Assembly (NCBI GenBank): GCA_028826165.1
Contig: JAPDFW010000024.1
Span: forward strand, 1-64,000
Source: Anaeramoeba ignava BMAN
Taxonomy: Eukaryota > Protista > Anaeramoebae
DNA: 64,000 nt
Reading direction: 5' to 3'
The translations under genes and the position numbers were made by a program. Shown piece by piece: positions 29,015-40,498 of the stretch (position 1 is the stretch's first letter; every line of letters starts with the position of its first letter). The notes under the pieces were generated by a model. That model had not been told where the DNA came from and ran no database searches. It was given only the letters and a program-made list of their open reading frames with translations.

Positions 29015-31521
29015 CAGACATTTTATTGTAAGTGAGGATAAAATTTATGATTAATGATGTAAAAATGATGTAAAATTAATATTAATTTTATTCCAAAAAA
29101 ATATTAAAAATTCAAAAATTTATTACAAATTTGGAATAAATTAATACAAAATTAAATCAATACAAAAAAATTAATATTAAATTTATATTAAATTTATTTT
29201 TGTTTAAAAAATTCAAACTCCAAAATATAAAAAATAAAAACCAAAATATTCCCAAATAAAACTCTTCTTCTTTTTATTTATTTTAAATCAATTTAATATC
29301 TAAATCTGTAATTACTTTATTAATTAATTTACTTTTAAATTTATTTATTTTCAAATTCTGAATTAATTTATTTAATTTATTCTATTTTTATTTCTATTAG
29401 ATAAAATCTTTATTTTATTTTATTTTATTTTATTTTATTCATCTCCAATTTCCTAAAAATAAAAATAAAAAATCAATAATTTCAAAAATCTAAATTTATA
29501 TTTATTTATAATTATAATTTATCAAAGGTAATTAATTAAATTTCTTTTTCACTTCATTAATTCAATTTATCTGATTATTATTTATTATTTATTTATTTAT
29601 TTAAATTATTTTATTTTAAATTATTTTTATTAATAAATTTTGATTTGGAAAATATCAATCAATTAATCAATAATCAATCAATAATTTATTTCTAATTCAT
29701 TTCATTTTTTTTTCATTTCCAAAATTTAAATCAAAATTTAAATTCATTTATTTATATATATTATAAACAAATTTATAACAAAATAATTTATTAATTTAAT
29801 TTCCAATTTATTTATAATTTATATTCAAAAAATAAAAAATCAATTTCTCTCTATATATAAAATATATAAATTTAATTTTTAATTTATTTATAATTCAAAT
29901 TAAAAAATAAAAAAATCAATTTATTTATATATATTATAAACAAATTTATAACAAAATAATTAATTAATTTAATTCTCAATTTATTTATAATTTATATTCA
30001 AAAAATAAAAAATCAATTTCTCTCTATATATAAAATATATAAATTTAATTTTTAATTTATTTCAATTTAAATTAAAAATAAAAAAATCAATTTATTTATA
30101 TATATTATAAACAAATTTATAACAAAATAATTAATTAATTTAATTTTCAATTTATTTATAATTTATATTCAAAAATAAAAATCAATTTTCTCTCTATATA
30201 TAAAATATATAAATTTATTTTTAATTTATTTATAATTCAAATTAAAAATAAAAAAATCAATTTATTTATATATATTATAAACATATTTATAACAAAATAA
30301 TTAATAAATTTAATTTTCAATTTATTTATAATTTATATTCAAAAATAAAAAATCAATTTCTCTCTATATATAAAATATATAAATTTAATTTTTAATTCAT
30401 TTCAATTTAAATTCAAAAATAAAAAAATCAATTTATTTATATATATTATAAACAAATTTATAACAAAATAATTTATTAATTTAATTTTCAATTTATTTAT
30501 AATTTATATTCAAAAAATAAAAAAATCAATTTCTCTCTATATATAAAATATATAAATTTAATTTTTAATTAAAATTCAAAATAAAAATAAAAAATCAATT
30601 TATTTATATATATTATAAACAAATTTATAACAAAATAATTTATAAATTTAATTTCCAATTTATTTATAATTTAAATTCAAAAAATAAAAAATCAATTTCT
30701 CTCTATATATAAAATATATAAATTTAATTTTCAATTTATTTCAATTTAAATTCAAAAATAAAAAAATCAATTTATTTATATATATTATAAACAAATTTAT
30801 AACAAAATAATTTATAAATTTAAATTCAAAAATAAAAAATCAATAATTTCAAAAATCTAAATTTATACTTATTTATATCATTATTTATATTTATAATTTA
30901 TCAAAGGTAATTAATTAATTAATTAATTAAATTTCTTTTTCACTTCATTTAGATTCAATTTATCTGATTATTATCTATTATTTATTTATTTATTATTTTA
31001 AATTATTTTATTTTTATTAAATAAATTTTGATTTGGAAAATATCAATCAATTAATTAATAATCAATCAATAATTTATTTCTAATTCATTTCATTTTTTTT
31101 TTCATTTCCAAAATTTAAATCAAAATCAAATCAAATTTAAATCAAATTTAAATCAAAATTCAAATCAAAATTCAAATCAAAATCAAAATCAAAATTTAAA
31201 TCCAAATTCAAAATTCAAAATCTATTGATAATTTGTTCTGAAAATAAAATCTAAATATAAATATAAAAAAAAATCAAATTGATATTATTTTTATATGTTT
31301 TATTTAGAAACAAAAAAAAATCATCAAATTTGTTTTGTTTTGTTTGTTTCATTTCTTTTAATATTTTTATCTAAAATAAATAAATTAAAAATCCAATTTT
31401 TCTTTTTCTTTTCTTTTCTTTTTTTATTGATTCAAAATATTCCATAAAAATAAAAAATAAAAAATAAAAAAAATTGATTATTAATTTTTTTATAAGTTTT
31501 TGGAATTCCTTAAAATGTCTG
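29015..31521 (+). mobile_element. Second copy of the CAGACATTTTA-TIR non-autonomous element
   Basis: TA|CAGACATTTTA at 29015; TAAAATGTCTG|TA at 31511-31521. Colinear with 25654-28801 but with fewer 173-bp units (29740-30810). Confidence 0.7.
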
Positions 31522-32459
31522 TATTCATTTTAAAATATTTATTATTTTATTATTTTATTATTTATTATTTGATTTTAGTATTAATATTTTATTTAAATTA
31601 TTGATTTTATTTCTATTCTTAATTTTATATTTATTTTAAATTATAAAATTATATTTTATTATTTATTTTTATTATTAATAAATTTAAATTATTTATTTTT
31701 ATTTCTATTATTAATTTTATATTTAATTTAAATTATAAAATTATATTTTATTATTTATTTTTATTATTAATTATTTATTTAATTATTTTTATTTATTTTG
31801 AAAACTTTTTATTTCAAGACAATTTAATAACTAAATCCAAAACTACTTTATTAACTAATTTACTTGTAATTTTATTTTAATTCACAAAATTTATAAATTT
31901 ATAAATTAATTAATTAATTTTACTTATATTTTTATTTTTATATTAGATAAAATCTTTATTTTATTCATTTTCAATTCTTCCAAAAAAAAAATCATTATTT
32001 ATAATCCACAATTTACCAAAATTAATTAATTAATTAATTATTTATTTATTTATTTATTGAATTAATGAAACTTCTTTTTCACTTCATTTAGATTAGATTA
32101 TATTAGATTAGATTCAATTTATCTGATTATTTATTTATTTATTATTATTCATTTATTAATTTATTCCAAATTATTTTTATTTATATTTTTATTTATAAAT
32201 AAATGGATTTTGATTTGGAAAATATCATTAATTAATTAATAAATAAATTATTTCTAATTTTCATTTTTCATTTTTCATTTTTTTCATTTTTTTTTCTTAG
32301 AAGAATAAATATAAAAATAAAAATAAAAATTACCTTCACAAAATGAAAGGAAATCTCAAAAACTAATAAAATATTCAATCCAATCCAATCCAATCCAATC
32401 CAATCCAATTCAATTCAATTCAAAAGTAAATTTATTTATTTATTTATTTAAAAATTTAA

Positions 32460-32985
32460 AAATTTAATTTTATTTCTATTTCAATTATAAATAATTAAAT
32501 AATAAATTTAAATTAAATATTTTATTTCTATTATTAATTTTATATTTATTTTAAATTATAAAATTATTTTTTATTATTTATTTTTATTATTAATTATTTA
32601 ATTAAATATTTTATTATTTTTATTTCAATTATAAATAATTAAATAATAAATTTAAATTAATTATTTATTTCTATTATTTATTTTATATTTATTTCAAATT
32701 ATAAAATTATTTTTTATTATTAATTTTTATTTTTAATTATTTATTTAATTATTTTTATTATTTTTATTTCAATTATAAATAATTAAATAATAAATTTAAA
32801 TTAAATATTTTATTTCTATTATTAATTTTATATTTATTTTAAATTATAAAATTATATTTTATTATTTATTTTTATTATTAATTATTTAATTAAATATTTT
32901 TATTATTTTTATTTCAATTATAAATAATTAAATAATAAATTTAAATTAATTATTTTATTTCTATTATTAATTTTATGTTTATTTT
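32460..32985. repeat. Reverse-complement copies of the ~145-bp satellite at 10900-12020
   Basis: TTTATTTCAATTATAAATAATTAAATAATAAATTTAAATTAA is the reverse complement of the upstream unit; about 3.5 copies. Confidence 0.8.
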
Positions 32986-33509
32986 ATTTATTATTTTTTA
33001 TTAGGTTAAATAGGTTTTAAATTGAAAATTTTGATTAGTGCTTTTATTTTTTAAAAACAAAAAAACAAAAAATATTCACTTTCAAAAACATTTTAATTAA
33101 TGTAATCTTTATAAAATCAAAAATCAAAAATCAAAAATCAAAAATCAAAAATGAAAAGAATTTATAATTAATTAATTAATTAATTAATTGATTCTAAATT
33201 AATTAATATAAGATTCAAAAATAATTAACAAAATCTTTTTATTTATTTAAAATATCAAAAAATCAAAAAATCAAAAAATAATCAATATTAATATTAATAA
33301 TAATAATATTAAAATTAATTTTTCTTTCAATATCAATAATCAAAACAAAAAAACTATTCATTAACAAAATAAATTTATTAATATTAATTCTAAATTTTTA
33401 ATTTTTAATTTTAATTTTAATTTACATTTATTGAAGGAAATTTCTTGTTGTTCTTGTTCTTGTTCTTGTTGTTGATAATTTAAAACAAAAATAACGAAAA
33501 ATAAATTGA

Positions 33510-33800
33510 TTGATTTTCAGATTGATTTTCAGATTTATTTTAAGATTTATTTTAAGATTTATTTTCAGATTTATTTTAAGATTTATTTTTAGATTTATTT
33601 TAAGATTTATTTTTAGATTTATTTTTAGATTTATTTTCAGATTTATTTTCAGATTTATTTTCAGATTTATTTTCAGATTTATTTTCAGATTGATTTTCAG
33701 ATTGATTTTAAGATTTATTTTCAGATTTATTTTAAGATTTATTTTCAGATTTATTTTCAGATTTATTTTCAGATTGATTTTCAGATTTATTTTTAGATTG
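33510..33800. repeat. 12-bp minisatellite AGATT(T/G)ATTTT(C/A/T)
   Basis: Direct reading; explains the FIFR ORF. Confidence 0.9.
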
Positions 33801-33907
33801 ATATTTATTTATTTGGCTTTTAAAAATGATTTAGAAACTATTGAATAAATAATTTACAAAACAAATGAATTGATTTATTTTCATTTAAGAAGACAAATAA
33901 CACATAA

Positions 33908-34017
33908 TTTATATTTATATTTATATTTATATTTATATTTATATTTATATTTATATTTATATTTATATTTATATTTATATTTATATTTATATTTATATTT
34001 ATATTTATATTTATATT
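33908..34017. repeat. (TTTATA)n microsatellite
   Basis: Direct reading. Confidence 0.9.
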
Positions 34018-34553
34018 TTCAATAAATAAAATAAAAAGAAATGATTTTTTATTTATTTATTTATTTATTTATTTTAAAATCAAAATCAAAATCAAAATCA
34101 AAATCAAAATAAAAATAAAAATCATGTAAACTTTGAATGTAATTAATTAATTAATTTATTATTTATTTATTTATTTATAAATTAAAAATTATTTTAGATT
34201 TTAATTAATTAATAAATAAATAAATAAATAAATAATAAAAGATTGAAGTAAATAAATAATATAAACAAAAAAAAATGAAAATAAAAATAAAAATAAATAT
34301 AAACTTTCAAAATAATTGAAATTTAGATACAATTCCTTAATTAAAATTATTCTAAATTTAAATAAAAAAAATTGAAAAAAAAAAATGGAAAAAAAAATGT
34401 TTTTGTGGATTTTTATTTTTTAAAAAGTGGAATTCATTTTTTTCTTCTTCTTTCATTTTTCTTTTTTTATATATATAATATATAAATAAATCTATTGAAA
34501 ATTTGAAAATAAAAATAAAAATAAAAATAAAAATAAAAATAAAAATAAAAAAA

Positions 34554-34941
34554 GGGGGATGTTCATCTTTGGCAATGTTTTAAGCTTTGAAATTAGCCAC
34601 CCGCCCAAAGAAAAAGCTGGTGTTAACATACTCACCCGAGTCTACGCCCTTATTTATTTCTAATTATTAATTATTAATCAATCCAAATTAAATCAATTTA
34701 AAATCAATTTAATAATTAATAATTCTAATCAAAATTGAACAATATAAGAACAATAATGAAAAGAAATAAATAAGAAACGCGACATTTGTCGTCTTCGTGT
34801 AAAGCCCCAAGTCGTCAACTGAGCCTCCCCGCCGTAGCGTAGCGGAGAGGCCGAAGGCCGGTGCATTGGGGGAGGTGAAGTTGAAAGACATTGGGGCATT
34901 TACTCGAAAAACGACAAAGTACGCGATATGATCCTTTCTTA
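34554..34941 (-). ncRNA. Unidentified highly structured island (candidate ncRNA or ssDNA hairpin element)
   Basis: Two GC-rich blocks in an almost pure AT background. ~170-nt branched hairpin at 34771-34941, self-complementary AT spacer, and potential pseudoknot at 34566-34618. G-U-compatible mismatches and a downstream T run favour the minus strand. Confidence 0.5.
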
Positions 34942-35699
34942 TATTTATATTTATATTTATATATTTTATTTCAAGTAAATTTAATATCTAAATCCAAAAA
35001 TTACTTTATTAACTAATTTATTATTTGTAAGTTTATTTTAATTTCCAAAAATAAATTAATTAATTAATTAATTAATTAATTAATTAATTTTATTCTATTT
35101 ATAATTAATATTTATTCTATTTTATTTTTATATTTATATTTATATTAGATAAAATGTTTATTTTATTTTATTTTATTTTATTTTATTTTATTCATCTCCA
35201 TTTCCAAAATAAAAATAATTCCAAAAAAAATCTAAATTTATATTTATTAATATCTATCATTATTTATAATTATAATTTATCAAAATTAATTAATGGAATT
35301 TCTTTTTTCAATTAAATTAAATTAGATTAGATTAGATTAGATTTATCTATTATTCTAAATTATTTATCATTTTAAATTATTTTATTTATTTATTTTTATT
35401 TATAAATAATAAATACATTTTGATTTTGATTTTGGAAAATATCATTAATTGATTAATAAATAATAAAATAAAATAAATCAATAATTTATTTCTAATTCAT
35501 TTTTTGTTTTTGTTTTTGTTTTTGTTTTTGTTTTTTAATAATTTTTATTTTTAAATTTCCAAATTCATTTTTCATTTTTCATTTTTCATTTTTTTTTCTT
35601 TTCAAAGAATATTTATAAATATAAATATAAATATAAAAATTACCTTTAGAAAATGAAAGGAAATACCAAACACTAAAAAAATATTCAAATTCAAATTAA

Positions 35700-36190
35700 T
35701 TTTTAATTATAATTAATTATTTTGTAATAAAATTAATTAAGAAATGATTTAAAAAAGAATTTATTATTAATACTAAATTAATATTATTAAATATAAAGAA
35801 ATAAATTTAAAACAAAAATTAGATAAAAATTTAATTTAATTTTTAATAATAATTAATTTATTATTTTGCAATAAAATTAATTAAGAAATGATTTTAAAAA
35901 AGGATTTATTATTAATATTAAATAAATATTATTAAAAATAAAGAAATAAATTTAAAACAAAAATTAGATAAAAATTTAATTTAATTTTTAATTATAATTA
36001 ATTTATTATTTTGCAATAAAATTAATTAAGAAATAATTTTAAAAAGAATTTATTATTAATATTAAATTATTATTATTAAAAATAAAGAAATAAATTTAAT
36101 TAAAATATTTTATTTATTATTTTACTTAATTTTTAATAATAATTTATTTAATATTTTGCAATAAAATTAATTAAGAAATGATTTTAAAAC
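35700..36190. repeat. ~146-bp tandem repeat, about 3 copies
   Basis: AATAAAATTAATTAAGAAAT recurs near 35726, 35870, 36015 and 36160. Confidence 0.7.
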
Positions 36191-36485
36191 TTTTATTCAT
36201 TTTTTTTCATTTTTTTTTTGTTTTTTTTTTCTAAATTAAAAAATTAAAAAGAAAAAAAAAGAAAAAATCAAATAAAAATTTTAAAAACAAAATTATAAAA
36301 AAAAATAAAGAAAAAATGTTAATTAAAATGTAAAATAATTTATTTATACAATTTATAAAAAGGATTTATTATCTAAATTAATTCAAAATTGATTTAAAAA
36401 CAAATATAAATTTAAATCAAAAAAAAATTAAATTTAATTAATTTTATTTCAAAAAAAATAAAATAATATTAAATAAATTTAAATA

Positions 36486-36511
36486 CAGTCATTTTTATTT
36501 GGGTGCGGACA
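36486..36511 (+). repeat. Left TIR (26 bp), followed by subterminal AAAAATTTTT repeats (36543-36597)
   Basis: Exact reverse complement of 62519-62544. Confidence 0.95.
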
Positions 36512-36747
36512 CCTTCCTTAAGGGACACTGGAAGACCTTCATGAAAAATTTTTAAAAAATTTTTAAAAAATTTTTAAAAAATCTTTAAAAATTTTTTAAT
36601 GTTTCACGTGTTGAAATTCATCACTTCTATTTTCTATTCTGAATTTAATTCCCTGCATATAGTAGTTTATTTTCATTCTCATTTTGCATATTTTTTTCCC
36701 TTTTATCATTTTCCTTTTTTCATCTTTCTTCAATTTTAAATGGAAAA

Positions 36748-39700
36748 TAAATAATAATTGATTTAATAAATATAAATAAATGTTTATTAAATACACTTCT
36801 TAATCAATATCATTATATATTATTTATTGATTATTGATTTAATTTATTTTATTTATTGAAAATTATAAAATCATCCATTCATTTTGAAAAATTTAAAAGG
36901 GAAAAAATTGAAATAAAATTATATTAATATTTAAATAATAATTGATTTAATAAATATAAATAAATATTTATTAAATACACTTCTTAATCAATATCATTAT
37001 ATATTATTTATTGATTATTGATTTCATTTATTTTATTTATTGAAAATTATAAAATCATCCATTCATTTTGAAAAATTTAAAAGGAAAAAATTGAAATAAA
37101 ATTATATTAATATTTAAATAATAAATGATTTAATAAATATAAATAAATGTTTATAAAATACACTTTTTAATCAATATCATTATATATTATTTATTGATTA
37201 TTGATTTATTTTATTTTATTTATTGAAAATTATAAAATCATCCATTCATTTTGAAAAATTTAAAAGGAAAAATTGAAATAAAATTACATTAATATTTAAA
37301 TAATAATTGATTTAATAAATATAAATAAATGCTTATAAAATACATTTTTAATCAATATCATTATATATTATTTATTGATTATTGATTTAATTTATTTTAT
37401 TTATTGAAAATTATAAAATCATCCATTCATTTTGAAAAATTTAAAAGGAAAAAATTGAAATAAAATTACATTAATATTTAAATAATAATTGATTTAATAA
37501 ATATAAATAAATATTTATAAAATACACTTCTTAATCAATATCATTATATATTATTTATTGATTATTGATTTCATTTATTTTATTTATTGAAAATTATAAA
37601 ATCATCCATTCATTTTGAAAAATTTAAAAGGAAAAAATTGAAATAAAATTACATTAATATTTAAATAATAATTGATTTAATAAATATAAATAAATATTTA
37701 TTAAATACACTTTTTAATCAATATCATTATATATTATTTATTGATTATTGATTTAATTTATTTTATTTATTGAAAATTATAAAATCATCCATTCATTTTG
37801 AAAAATTTAAAAGGAAAAATTGAAATAAAATTATATTAATATTTAAATAATAATTGATTTAATAAATATAAATAAATGTTTATTAAATACACTTCTTAAT
37901 CAATATCATTATATATTATTTATTGATTATTGATTTAATTTATTTTATTTATTGAAAATTATAAAATCATCCATTCATTTTGAAAAATTTAAAAGGAAAA
38001 ATTGAAATAAAATTACATTAATATTTAAATAATAATTGATTTAATAAATATAAATAAATATTTATTAAATACACTTTTTAATCAATATCATTATATATTA
38101 TTTATTGATTATTGATTTAATTTATTTTATTTATTGAAAATTATAAAATCATCCATTCATTTTGAAAAATTTAAAAGGAAAAATTGAAATAAAATTATAT
38201 TAATATTTAAATAATAATTGATTTAATAAATATAAATAAATATTTATTAAATACACTTCTTAATCAATATCATTATATATTATTTATTGATTATTGATTT
38301 ATTTTATTTTATTTATTGAAAATTATAAAATCATCCATTCATTTTGAAAAATTTAAAAGGAAAAAATTGAAATAAAATTATATTAATATTTAAATAATAA
38401 TTGATTTAATAAATATAAATAAATGTTTATTAAATACACTTCTTAATCAATATCATTATATATTATTTATTGATTATTGATTTAATTTATTTTATTTATT
38501 GAAAATTATAAAATCATCCATTCATTTTGAAAAATTTAAAAGGAAAAATTGTAATAAAATTATATTAATATTTAAATAATAATTGATTTAATAAATATAA
38601 ATAAATGTTTATAAAATACATTTTTAATCAATATCATTATATATTATTTATTGATTATTGATTTAATTTATTTTATTTATTGAAAATTATAAAATCATCC
38701 ATTCATTTTGAAAAATTTAAAAGGAAAAATTGAAATAAAATTATATTAATATTTAAATAATAATTGATTTAATAAATATAAATAAATATTTATTAAATAC
38801 ACTTCTTAATCAATATCATTATATATTATTTATTGATTATTGATTTAATTTATTTTATTTATTAAAAATTATAAAATCATCCATTCATTTTGAAAAATTT
38901 AAAAGGAAAAATTGAAATAAAATTACATTAATATTTAAATAATAATTGATTTAATAAATATAAATAAATGTTTATAAAATACACTTCTTAATCAATATCA
39001 TTATATATTATTTATTGATTATTGATTTAATTTATTTTATTTATTGAAAATTATAAAATCATCCATTCATTTTGAAAAATTTAAAAGGAAAAATTGAAAT
39101 AAAATTATATTAATATTTAAATAATAATTGATTTAATAAATATAAATAAATATTTATAAAATACACTTCTTAATCAATATCATTATATATTATTTATTGA
39201 TTATTGATTTAATTTATTTTATTTATTGAAAATTATAAAATCATCCATTCATTTTGAAAAATTTAAAAGGAAAAATTGTAATAAAATTATATTAATATTT
39301 AAATAATAATTGATTTAATAAATATAAATAAATGTTTATTAAATACACTTTTTAATCAATATCATTATATATTATTTATTGATTATTGATTTAATTTATT
39401 TTATTTATTGAAAATTATAAAATCATCCATTCATTTTGAAAAATTTAAAAGGAAAAAATTGAAATAAAATTATATTAATATTTAAATAATAATTGATTTA
39501 ATAAATATAAATAAATATTTATAAAATACACTTCTTAATCAATATCATTATATATTATTTATTGATTATTGATTTAATTTATTTTATTTATTGAAAATTA
39601 TAAAATCATCCATTCATTTCGAAAAATTTAAAAGGAAAAAATTGAAATAAAATTATATTAATATTTAAATAATAAATGATTTAATAAATATAAATAAATG

Positions 39701-39752
39701 TTTATAAAATACACTTCTTAATCAATATCATTATATATTATTTATTGATTTC
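36748..39752. repeat. ~183-bp satellite, about 16 highly similar copies
   Basis: TCATCCATTC at 36871, 37055, 37238, 37419, 37602 ... 39606. Confidence 0.95.
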
Positions 39753-40498
39753 ATTAAGTGTATTTGCTTCATAACTCAATTTTTTTTCTTGTTTCTGAAT
39801 ACAGTAAATATTTTTCCAAAAGTTGATTTCCTGGAAACGCTCTATTAATATCTATATTATTCATTCCTATCAAATTGTGATTTGGAAAATTTTTTTGTTT
39901 TGTTTTTAATAAATTCTACTAGAAAGCAAAAATTTTTTTGTTTTTTCATTTTTGTGGATTTTTTTTTAATTCAAAATTCTAACAGAAAATAATCTATTTT
40001 TAGTTAAATATGTAATTGGTTTATCTGTCTAAATTTGTTTTTAGAGTAAAATTAAAGAAAAATTTCCCCTTTTTAATTCATTTCAATGGAAGGCAAAATT
40101 TTTTTTTTTCATTTTTTTTTTCATTTTTTTTTCATTTTTTATTTTTCATTTTTTTCTTTACTTTTTTTTTTCACTTAGTGAATTATTCTGATCAACTTTT
40201 TTGCAAATTTTATATTCAGCCTTTCCGATCTTGAAAGTATTTTTTCCAATTTATATTTGAATTTAACTTGATTTTGATTTTTTTTTGGATTTTTTGTTTT
40301 GAATTTTTTTTTAATAACTATGAGGCCTCTTTTGCACAAAAATCACAGAACTGTTGTTGTTTTAGTTGCTCGTTCTTCTCGTAATTTTTTCATGAATTGG
40401 ATCAATTCACAAAACACAAAATAAAATATAACAATGTACAAATGAAACAAATTCTGAAAATTACTCAATTTATTTAACACTTAATATTTATATAATTT

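Noticed and set aside
34554-34941. tRNA(-Sec), SRP RNA, RNase P/MRP, U3, hammerhead, or the 60-aa ORF as the identity of the GC island
   Set aside because: No cloverleaf or T-loop, no SRP helix-8 GNRA/AGCAG motif, the GCCCC/GGGGC pairing is nested rather than a P4 pseudoknot, and there is no CUGAUGA core or C/D boxes. The ORF crosses a palindrome and has no motif.
39750-40440. Small coding-like patches between the two arrays (also 36596-36796 and 50780-50880)
   Set aside because: Too short, with no consistent frame, splice pattern or motif that I could support.
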